A stretch of 64,000 nucleotides of DNA. Source: Nostoc sp. GTDB lineage: Bacteria; Cyanobacteriota; Cyanobacteriia; Cyanobacteriales; Nostocaceae. The notes below the pieces were generated by a model. That model saw only the letters and a list, made by a program, of their open reading frames with translations, was not told the origin of the DNA and did not search any database. Shown piece by piece: positions 1-9,500 of this stretch. The stretch's first letter is position 1. The number at the start of each line of letters is the position of its first letter. The stretch covers positions 1 to 64,000 of the forward strand of contig JBALDB010000020.1 in NCBI GenBank assembly GCA_036918135.1, read 5' to 3'. Both the position numbers and the translations under genes were made by a program.

Positions 1-167
1 TTCTTGTTTGAGTTCGCTGTTAATCACCAAGTTTTTTCCTTCAATAAGGTTTTTATGTACGAGTAACTGTTCACAACCTATTTAGGATTACTGTAGTAGT
101 ATTTTCTACTTTTTCTCAGACAGGTAATGCAAAACTTATTTAACAGATGTATTCTAATTAGTAGCTC

Positions 168-1334
168 CTACCGAGAAAAGGGAAGATTATCTAACTGTCT
201 TGATACCCATTGAGGATTGAAAACACTCCGGTAAATCGGATTTTTCACTCTCAGATAACCGTTATAATTCTCCACCAAACCAGATAGCAATAGTTCTGTT
301 TGTTCTTCACTATCATTAGCTGGTATCAAGTTCTCTATTGGGTTCCTATACCTTAGTTCTTCTACTTGTAACACCTGTTGATAAATGCTTAATAACTTTA
401 CTGTCTTGTGTTCGTTATAAAGTAAGCGATTTCTTATAGTACGGAGATGTTCAGGTTCGTCTTGAAATTCCCAACGTTGAATAATGCGCGATCGCACCAA
501 TTGTTCTATCCAATATCCTTCAGTACCATTCGGTATGTCAATCGTTTCCTTAGAACTTTCTAGAGCTACTTGTACAACTAAATCACAAAGTTTTTGGGTG
601 AGAAATGGCTGTCCTTTTGTCCAATGAATAATATACAACAATATTGCCTGTGGCTCGTTAACTACTTCTTCTAAACCTTCAAGCAGAGGCATAGCTTCAT
701 GCAATTGAAAGTCATATAACTTAATTGCTTAACCAATGTTAAAGAGCGTTCGGTGTCGATCGACAATTAGGTTAAATGGACTGGCTACACCAAATAATGC
801 AAAACCCAAACATTTGAAATTTGGGTTGTCTGCTTGCCGATTGTAACAGTGACGAATCCAAATAAAAAAATCGTCGCTCGAGAAATTCAAACTTAGCAGG
901 CTATTAATATTATCGATAAAGATAAAAATGCGATTATTTTGAACCTCTGTTAACAACACCTGTTCAACAAATTGATACAGTCTTTGTACAAGCTCAAACT
1001 CTGATTGCTGCTCCCACCAACTCTCAAAGTTAACTTGTTCTGTTAAATTTAACTTATAAAACAAGCTAATAATAATGCCCTTGTACCACTGTATAGGTGT
1101 AATTTTATTACCGCCTAATAGTATTGAATCAAGATAAATACATATATAGTTTTCTCTTTCTAAGCGGTGAATAGCCCGGTGTAGGAGAGATGATTTCCCT
1201 GTTTGGTGGCAGTCTAAGACGTAACAAAAATTTCCTGTTTTTAATCCAGTATAAAGTTGTTCGTCTGCTTGACGTACAATATATGTAGAATCATCATACT
1301 TTAGACTACCACCAACTTGATATTTCATAATCAA
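168..1334 (-). pseudogene. AAA_35-like (STAND-type) ATPase gene broken by one in-frame stop codon
   Basis: ORFs 729-1334 and 168-704 are in the same frame and read through as ...TLFNIG*AIKLYDFQLHEAMPLL (TAA at 729-731). Family-like motifs: YQVGGSL..D..TYIVRQAD, Walker A-like QTGKSSL, WTKGQPFLTQKLC, LRVKNPIY. The Walker B reads FIDNINS, with no catalytic Glu. Confidence 0.85.
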
Positions 1335-1614
1335 GTCAATTATTTAATTTTTCACTCAATTGGTCTTAATTAGTAAATAAAACGTCGTGATATTGCCAAC
1401 GTAAGTGACAATACTAATCAATGTAGTTCATAATTTTTAATAGCATATATGTAGAGATAAATAAAAACTAAATTATTCTATGAATAAAGTAAAATTATTG
1501 TGTAAAAAATTTATGTATTTTTAAATAATTAGAGAGCGATCGCCCAAAAGATAGTGCCAAAAGCGATCGCTATATTATTTGCAGACCTATCTTCTCTTAG
1601 CTAAAACTAAAAAT

Positions 1615-1637
1615 CAAGGAAAGTTAAGACAGTTAAT
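1615..1637 (-). promoter_or_regulatory. Partial copy of the CTTAACT-repeat element, facing the AAA gene
   Basis: The minus strand reads ATTAACTGT CTTAACTTT CCTTG, matching the proximal two units plus C(A/C)TTG of the elements at 2095 and 39568. Confidence 0.6.
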
Positions 1638-1718
1638 AAAAAAGTAAGTTGTATTTTGAACTAAAAATTAGAAAAATTCTGACCTCTTTTAACTTGCACG
1701 TATCAAAATAGTTTCCAT

Positions 1719-1809
1719 TAAACCTCTTGCAAAAGTCCTTATTTTTGCCTTCTTCTTTGCGTCTTTGCGCCTTTGCGTGAGACAAAAAATTATTTATGCA
1801 AGAAGTCTA
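1719..1809. mobile_element. MITE-like element with internal 8-bp tandem repeats
   Basis: Imperfect terminal inverted repeats AAACCTCTTGCAAAAGT / ATTTATGCAAGAAGTCT, TA at both ends, and internal CTTTGCG(T/C) x3. Confidence 0.6.
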
Positions 1810-2094
1810 TTAATCACCACTATTCTTAGTCCATTCAAAAGTACTTTCAATGTTTGATCACTTGCCATTGGTTTTACTAGCTGATGAAATAATTGGCTCA
1901 TCACCCTTACACCTAATCTTTGCCGTGCTGATTTATAAGTTACTCGCTAATACTTACTAACTTTTACCCATGCCTAAGAAAGATTATCAACTGAGTTTTT
2001 CAATATATTCCTCATTGAATCTTAAGGGCAATAGGCTCATCGCTACCACCAGACAAACTACCAATTGTGCTGGTGAGTCTAGTCAGGGGTGTTG

Positions 2095-2196
2095 GCTTAA
2101 CTTTCTTAACTTTCTTAACTTTCTTAACTTTCTTAAATGTTTTATCACTTAAATGTCTTAACTGTCATTGCGTTTTATTTAGAAAACTGGGATTAT
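2095..2196 (+). promoter_or_regulatory. Tandem 9-bp direct-repeat operator and putative promoter of the NRPS-PKS operon
   Basis: G-(CTTAACTTT)x4-CTTAAATGT-7nt-CTTAAATGT-CTTAACTGT-CATTG, then TTGCGT-17nt-GATTAT with TG in the extended -10 position. The same architecture recurs at 39568. Confidence 0.7.
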
Positions 2197-2302
2197 CTAT
2201 TTAATATATCCAGATGATTACAAAGAAATTATGATTTTGCTTCAAATTTAATCATTATTTTAATTACTTGTATAGTAAGATTGCAGTGGGAAGTAAAAGC
2301 TA

Positions 2303-5300
2303 ATGCAGTTCTATAATAATAGAAATTCAGCAAGTTTAAGTGATAAAAGTTTTACATATAGAGAAATAGAAGTTGCTATTCGCTCGAGTTTAGCTGTAGA
2401 TGATTGTGTAGTTATAAAGAGAGAAACAGAAAAGCTAAAACAGGAATTAGTTGCTTATATAGTTCCATCAAGCTTATTTGCACCAGAACAATTGTTGTCT
2501 CACCTGCAAACAATTTTGCCTAGCGAATTAATACCCACAGCACTCGTACCAGTATCCACTATACCTCTAACAGATGCAGGGCAGGTAGATGAAGCGACTC
2601 TAACCAGCTTAGAAGTTATTGACTCTGATTTAATGCGTCGCATAGAGGAGCAATTAGAGTCATTGTCAGAAATTGAACGTGTTGCCGTAGTTGTTGAACC
2701 CCTGATTACAAGTATTCCTCCTGTCCACTTACAGAATTTGCTAGGCAACACTCAAGTCGCATCTTTAGATAGCCAGCAAAAGGTACAAGCAACTATAGTT
2801 AGTCAGAAGATAGAAAAGAAGCCATCCTCGTCAAAAAAGCTTGCTATTAGTCATGGAGAACCACTGCAATACTCTGAAGATGCTCCTAAAACTTTACAAG
2901 AATTACTACAACGAACTGCTCAACATTCAACTCAAGGTATCATCTACATTCAGTCTGATGGTAGAGAGAAAGTTCAATCTTATAGAGAATTGTGGCAAGA
3001 TGCTCAACGGATTTTAGCTGGATTAAGGAAGTCAGGACTCAAGCCCCAAGATAAAGTAATTTTTCAACTAGAAGATAATCAAGATTTCATCTGTGGTTTT
3101 TGGGCTTGTGTGCTAGGTGGCTTTGTCCCCGTACCAATATCCATCGCCCCAACTTACAAACTAGCCAATAGTATTGCCAGCAAACTCCAAAACACTTGGC
3201 AGATACTAGGAAAACCGCTTGTACTGACGAACGCATCTTTAGCTCCTAAAATTGATGATTTATCAAAGTTTTTGAATTTAGAAAACTTTCAACTTGCAAT
3301 TATTGATAAGTTACGTGACTGTGAACCAGACTTAAACCTGCATCAAAGTCAGCCAGAGGATTTAGCAATTTTGTTTTTGACTTCTGGCAGCACTGGTGTA
3401 CCCAAGTGTGTGATGCTAAATCATCACAATCTATTGAGTATGACAACTGGCTTAATTTTAATCGGTCATTTCTCCAGCCAGGAATGCGTTTTAAACTGGA
3501 TGCCTTTGGATCATGTCGGTGCGCTAGTTTCTCTCAGTGTCATGGCTGTTAGTCGGGGTTGCCAACAAATCCATGTGCCTACTAGCTTAATTGTACAAAA
3601 TCCGCTTCAGTGGCTAGATTTGATTGATAAACATCAAGCTACGATTAGTTGGGCCCCTAATTTTGCCTTTTCCCTAATCTGCGATCGCGCTAGTGATATT
3701 CACCAAAAAAACTGGGATTTATCGTCAATGCGTTTTATAGTCAACGCTGGCGAACCCATTGTTACTAAGATAGCCAGGAGTTTTTTAAAGCTGCTTCGCC
3801 GTTATGGTTTACCAACGAATGCGATTCATCCAGCCTTTGGGATGTGCGAAACCTCTTCTGGTATTACTTACTCTGACAGCTTTTCTTTAGAATCTTCATC
3901 AGATGACACTTTATTTGTAGAACTAGGGCTTCCAATTGCTGGTGCTTCACTGCGGATTGTTGATGAAAACGAACAAATAGTTACAGAAAATACGATTGGT
4001 CGTTTACAAGTAAAAGGTGCATCTGTTACTTCTGGTTACTATCAGAATCCACAGGCAAACCAAGAAGTTTTTACCCTCGATGGTTGGTTTAATACAGGGG
4101 ATTTAGGATTTATCGAGCAAGGGCGTTTAACTATTACTGGACGGCTCAAAGATGTAATTATTATCAATGGACTCAACTACTATTGTCACGAAATTGAAGC
4201 CGCAGTTGAAGAAGTTAAAGGAGTAGAAGTTTCATATACAGCCGCCTGTGCAGTAAGACAGCCTGGAATCAATATTGATAAACTAGCTATCTTTTTCAAT
4301 ACTTCCCTTGATGATGCCCATTTAGTAACTCTGCTTCAGGAAATTCGCACTTCTGTTGTCAACAAGGTGGGAGTAAACCCAGATTATTTAATTCCCGTAG
4401 AGCAAGAAATTATTCCTAAAACCGCTATTGGTAAAATCCAGCGATCGCAACTGAGTCAGCGCTTCAATACAGGCGAATTTCAATTTATTATTAAACGAAT
4501 TGATATATTACTGGGTAACGCAAATACTATTCCTGACTGGTTCTACCGTCAAGTATGGCAGCTCAAAAATCCCATTACTTTTAATTCTTCTTTAACTTTT
4601 ATTAATTCCACTCTAGTATTTCTAGATTCTTTCGGGCTGGGTGCGTATTTATGTCAAACATTGTCAGAGTGTAATCTGCCATATATCACTGTTTCACCTG
4701 GAGAAGACTTTCGTAAAATTAATCGCTCAAGCTACGCGATCGCTCCAGGACAATCCAAGGACTACCAACTATTACTTCAATCTTTGACAGCAGATAATAT
4801 TATTATTGGGCAGATTCTTCACTTATCGACTTATGACCAGTATAGTGGCGAAGTCAAAAGCCTAGAAGCTCTCGAACAAGCACAAGAAAATGGGATATAT
4901 AGTTTATTATTCCTGGTTCAAGCTTTAGCCAAAGTTCAGAGTTTTGATAATTCTGTTAAATTACTATTTATTTCTTCTCATACTCAGTCTATTTCCTCAG
5001 ATGACCCCATAGCTTATGAAAAATCAGCAGTATTAGGACTGTTGAAAACGATTCCTCAAGAATTACCTTGGTTAAACTGTCGCCATCTCGATCTGTCTTT
5101 CGCTGAAGTAGAAATAAATCGAGCTTATATTATACAAGAACTGCTCATATCCTCAAAAGAACGAGAGATAGCTTACAGAAATGGGCAGCGTTTCGTTCCT
5201 CGTTTGGAAAAAGTTGATTGGAGTAACAAACCTCAATCCCCAGTCAACTTCAAGCAAGGAGGAACTTATTTAATTACTGGAGGACTCGGTGGTATAGGCA

Positions 5301-6529
5301 TTGAAATTGCGCGTTATTTGCTGAAACATTACCAAGCTAAATTACTGTTGGTTGGCAGAACTTCCTTACCAAATAAAAGTACCTGGAATGCTCATATAGA
5401 GAAGAAAGATGCTCTTGCACAATGTTTGAAAGTATATCAAGAACTAGAACAGCTTGGAGGAGAGATAATTTATGAAGCTGTTGATATTTGTAACTTCAAA
5501 AAGTTGCAAATAATAGTCGAAAAAGCTATATCTCAATGGGGTAAAAACTTAGATGGAATAATCCATTTAGCTGGAACTTTCCATGAGCAATTGGTACTTG
5601 AAGAAACTCAGGATAACTTAGCAGCAATACTGCGTCCCAAGGTGTTGGGTGCTTGGGCGTTGCATCAATTAGTGAAAGACAACAAAGGCAGTATTTTTAT
5701 CAACTTTTCTTCAGCACATGGTTTTTTTGGTAGTACTGCTGTTGGGGCTTATGCTGCGGCCAATAGTTTTCTCGATCGCTTTTCTGATTACCAAAATTCC
5801 CACAGTGAATTAACGAGCTATTGTATGAGTTGGAGTATGTGGGATGAGACAGGGATGAGTCAGGGATATCAGATGAAGAATCTGATCCGTGCCAAAGGTT
5901 TCTATGTGATGTCTTCCTCCCAGGCAATATCTTCAATGCTTGCCAGCTTACAACATCAGCAAACGCATCTATTGATAGGTTTGGATGGCAGCAATCAAAA
6001 TATTCAACGTTGGCAGTCTCAAGCTTTTAATTTACAGAAGTTAACTGCTTATTTCAGTGCCAATAGTAGCGAGGTTGTGCAATTACCAAACTTAGATGTG
6101 CAAGACCGCTTCGGAACTTCTTGCACCTGTAAGTTAGTACAACTGCCTCAAATGCCTTGTCTGGAAAACGGCGAAATCGATCGCGCCAGCCTAATTGGGA
6201 AAATGAACACTCAGAAAATTAGGAAGCGGATAGAACCACGCAACGAGATAGAGATAAAAATTGCTCAATGTTGGCAGCAAGTACTGAAATTACCACCTTT
6301 AAGCATTCACGACAACTTTTTTGAGTTGGGCGGCAATTCTCTACTAGCGGGGCAAATGATTTCTCGTTTACACGAAGATTTCTCTGTTGAGTTGTCTCTA
6401 CAACGTTTATTTAAAGCGCCTACTATCGCCAGTTTAGCCCAGACTATTAAAGCGATTCGAGGAATAACTCAGGATACGAATGCATCTATCGAGGCGATCG
6501 CAGAAGAATATGAGGAAGTAAGGATATGA
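2303..6529 (+). CDS. NRPS loading module: alpha-keto-acid-type adenylation domain, ketoreductase and carrier protein (A-KR-T)
   Basis: LFLTSGSTGVPK, NWMPLDHVG (no amine-binding Asp), FGMCETSS, GWFNTGDLG. KR motifs YLITGGLGGIG and YAAAN. T domain FFELGGNSL. C-terminal docking peptide EEYEEVRI. Confidence 0.9.
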   Translation: MQFYNNRNSASLSDKSFTYREIEVAIRSSLAVDDCVVIKRETEKLKQELVAYIVPSSLFAPEQLLSHLQTILPSELIPTALVPVSTIPLTDAGQVDEATLTSLEVIDSDLMRRIEEQLESLSEIERVAVVVEPLITSIPPVHLQNLLGNTQVASLDSQQKVQATIVSQKIEKKPSSSKKLAISHGEPLQYSEDAPKTLQELLQRTAQHSTQGIIYIQSDGREKVQSYRELWQDAQRILAGLRKSGLKPQDKVIFQLEDNQDFICGFWACVLGGFVPVPISIAPTYKLANSIASKLQNTWQILGKPLVLTNASLAPKIDDLSKFLNLENFQLAIIDKLRDCEPDLNLHQSQPEDLAILFLTSGSTGVPKCVMLNHHNLLSMTTGLILIGHFSSQECVLNWMPLDHVGALVSLSVMAVSRGCQQIHVPTSLIVQNPLQWLDLIDKHQATISWAPNFAFSLICDRASDIHQKNWDLSSMRFIVNAGEPIVTKIARSFLKLLRRYGLPTNAIHPAFGMCETSSGITYSDSFSLESSSDDTLFVELGLPIAGASLRIVDENEQIVTENTIGRLQVKGASVTSGYYQNPQANQEVFTLDGWFNTGDLGFIEQGRLTITGRLKDVIIINGLNYYCHEIEAAVEEVKGVEVSYTAACAVRQPGINIDKLAIFFNTSLDDAHLVTLLQEIRTSVVNKVGVNPDYLIPVEQEIIPKTAIGKIQRSQLSQRFNTGEFQFIIKRIDILLGNANTIPDWFYRQVWQLKNPITFNSSLTFINSTLVFLDSFGLGAYLCQTLSECNLPYITVSPGEDFRKINRSSYAIAPGQSKDYQLLLQSLTADNIIIGQILHLSTYDQYSGEVKSLEALEQAQENGIYSLLFLVQALAKVQSFDNSVKLLFISSHTQSISSDDPIAYEKSAVLGLLKTIPQELPWLNCRHLDLSFAEVEINRAYIIQELLISSKEREIAYRNGQRFVPRLEKVDWSNKPQSPVNFKQGGTYLITGGLGGIGIEIARYLLKHYQAKLLLVGRTSLPNKSTWNAHIEKKDALAQCLKVYQELEQLGGEIIYEAVDICNFKKLQIIVEKAISQWGKNLDGIIHLAGTFHEQLVLEETQDNLAAILRPKVLGAWALHQLVKDNKGSIFINFSSAHGFFGSTAVGAYAAANSFLDRFSDYQNSHSELTSYCMSWSMWDETGMSQGYQMKNLIRAKGFYVMSSSQAISSMLASLQHQQTHLLIGLDGSNQNIQRWQSQAFNLQKLTAYFSANSSEVVQLPNLDVQDRFGTSCTCKLVQLPQMPCLENGEIDRASLIGKMNTQKIRKRIEPRNEIEIKIAQCWQQVLKLPPLSIHDNFFELGGNSLLAGQMISRLHEDFSVELSLQRLFKAPTIASLAQTIKAIRGITQDTNASIEAIAEEYEEVRI

Positions 6530-9500
6530 GCATAGAAGAGTTTTTAGCTAATCTGCAAACCAAGGGTGTCAAAATCTGGATTGACGGAGATCAACTCGGC
6601 TGTCGCGCTCCCAAAGGAGTGATGACAGCAGCCACCCAGCAGGAACTTAAAGAGCGCAAAACAGAAATCCTTGCTTTTCTCAAAGAAGCTAAAACAGCTA
6701 CACAATCTACTTCTATCCCTCTGATGCCAGTTGCCAGGGATAGGGAGTTGCCTTTATCTTTTGCTCAACAAAGGATGTGGTTTCTTTATCAACTAGATAA
6801 GGAAAGCCCATTTTATAATGAAAGTCTACAAATGCGGATTGTTAGAAAGCTGTCTGTGACAGCCTTAGAAAAGAGTATCAACGAAATTATCCGCCGTCAT
6901 GAAGCTTTACGAACTACCTTTGCAGTAAGAAAGGGTATACCTTTTCAGTCCATATCACCCACCTTTGCGATCGCCATACCTGTCGTAGACTTGCAAGATG
7001 TGTCAGCAACTTCAGTACAACAAATAGTTACTCAAGAAATTCGCAAACCCTTTGACTTGGGTATCGCTCCTTTATTGCGAGCCACTCTACTACGCCAGGA
7101 AGCAGAATCTCACTTGTTGATTTTAACCATACACCACATCATTACTGATGGCTGGTCAATGGGGATATTCTTCAAAGAGTTAGAAGCCCTTTATTATGCT
7201 TTTACTAAAGGTGAACCCAATCCCTTACCAGAGTTAACGATACAATACGCTGATTTTGCCCTTTGGCAACGCCAGTGGTTAACTCAAGAAGTTCAACAAA
7301 AACAACTTGATTACTGGAAACAACAGTTAGCTGATGCGCCGCCTTTATTAAAGTTGCCCACTGATTATCCGCGTCCACCAGTCCAGACTTTCTCTGGTGC
7401 TACCAAAAAATTTCAACTAACAGAGCATTTAACTTCTCAACTAGTAAGCCTCAGCAAAAAGTCAGGTGTCACCTTGTTCATGACCCTGCTGGCAGCTTTT
7501 GCAGTATTACTCCATCGTTACAGTGGTCAAGATGATATTTGTATCGGTTCGCCTTTTGCTAATCGCAATCGTCAAGAAGTTGAGCCACTAATTGGTTGTT
7601 TTGTCAACACATTGGTGTTGCGTACTCAAATCGAAGATAATCCTAGTTTCTCTCAATTCCTCCAACAAGTCCGTTCTGTTGTTTGGGATGCTCACGCACG
7701 CCAAGACGTACCATTTGAGCAAGTGGTAGAAGCACTACAGCCGGAACGTTCTCTTAGCTATAATCCCTTGTTTCAAGTGGTGTTTGTTTTAGAAAATTTC
7801 TCCCTCGATACTTTAGAGTTACCCGATATTAGTCTGACTCCAGAGATGGTAGAGCGGGGTACGTCTCAGTTCAATTTAAGCCTCTCGATTTGGCAGACAC
7901 AAGAGCGCAAAGTTGGAGCGGAGGCTTCCTCCGATCCAAACTTTGTAAGAGAGGGATTAATTGGCTCGTGGGAATATAACAGCGATCTGTTTGAGGCGGA
8001 AACAATTGCGAGGATGACGGGTCATTTCCAGACTTTGTTAGAAACGATAGTTAGCAATCCCAATCACAGGGTTGAAGAATTATCTTTGCTAACCCAGTCA
8101 GAACGGCATCAGTTATTAGTGGAATGGAACGATACTCAGACGAATTATCCCCAAGATAAATGTATCCATCAGTTGTTTGAGGAGCAGGTGCAGCACAACC
8201 CCAATGCTGTGGCGGTGGTATTTGGCAATCAACAACTGACTTATCAACAATTGAACGCCCAAGCTAATCAATTGGCACATTACTTGCGCTCATTGGGCGT
8301 GACAGCCGATACGTTGGTGGGTATTTGTGTAGAGCGATCGCTCTTAATGGTAGTAGGGATTTTGGGCATTCTTAAAGCAGGTGGGGCTTATGTGCCACTT
8401 GATCCAGAGTATCCCCAAGAGCGATTAAGCTTCATACTCGAAGATACTCAGCTATCAGTGATATTGACTCAAGAAAAGTTAGTTAGTAAGCTGGGCGATC
8501 GCCTCCGGCGCGGCTTTGCCGATCGCAAAGTTGATGTCATTTGCTTAGATTCAAACTGGGACATCATCAGTCAACAAACACAACAGAACTCAACTACCAG
8601 CAGCAAAGCTCAGGACTTAGCTTATGTAATGTATACAAGCGGTTCTACAGGTCAACCCAAAGGTGTGAGCATCGTCCATCGAAGTGTAGTTCGATTAGTC
8701 AAAGAAACTAACTATGTGAGCATTTCTGCTCAAGATGTAATTGCACAAGCATCAAATTATGCTTTTGACGCTGCCACTTTTGAGATTTGGGGAGCATTAC
8801 TAAATGGAGCGCGGTTAGTTGGGGTGAGCAAAGAGTTAGCAATTTTGCCCAAAGATTTCGCAGCCTTTATTAAAGCGCAAACTATCAGCGTTTTATTCTT
8901 AACAACCGCGTTGTTCAATCAAATTGCTCAAGAAGTACCCTCTGCTTTCAATTCACTACGGCATCTTCTATTTGGTGGCGAAGCGGTTGATCCTAAATGG
9001 GTGAAAGAAGTACTTAAAAATGGTGCACCGCAGCGACTACTTCATGTTTATGGGCCGACAGAGAATACCACATTTAGTTCTTGGTACTTAGTGCAAGATG
9101 TCCCCGAAGACGCTACAACTATTGCTATTGGTCGTCCAATTGCTAATACCCAAGTTTATATCTTAGATAAAAATCTCCAGCCCGTAACTGTAGGTGTACC
9201 AGGAGAGTTACACATTGGTGGTGCTGGATTAGCACAAGGCTATTTTAATCGTCCTGAAACTACTGCCGAAAAATTTATTGAAATTGAATTATTTAATAAA
9301 GTTGAACGCCTCTACAAAACTGGGGATTTAGTACGCTATTTACCAGATGGCAACATTGAATATATAGGACGCATTGACAATCAGGTAAAAATTCGGGGTT
9401 TCCGCATTGAATTGGGAGAAATCGAAGCAGTCCTGAGCCAGCATAGTCATGTGCAGGTATCTTGTGTCATTGTCCGCGAAGATACCCCTGGTGATAAACG

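Noticed and set aside
1970..2152. 60-aa ORF with LNF repeats
   Set aside because: The LNFLNFLNF run is just the translation of the 9-bp DNA repeat. The same repeat at 39568 lies outside any comparable ORF.
2096..2165. CRISPR array or canonical Pho box
   Set aside because: The units are 9 bp with no unique spacers and there are no cas genes. Pho boxes have an 11-bp period, so this is kept only as a half-site similarity.
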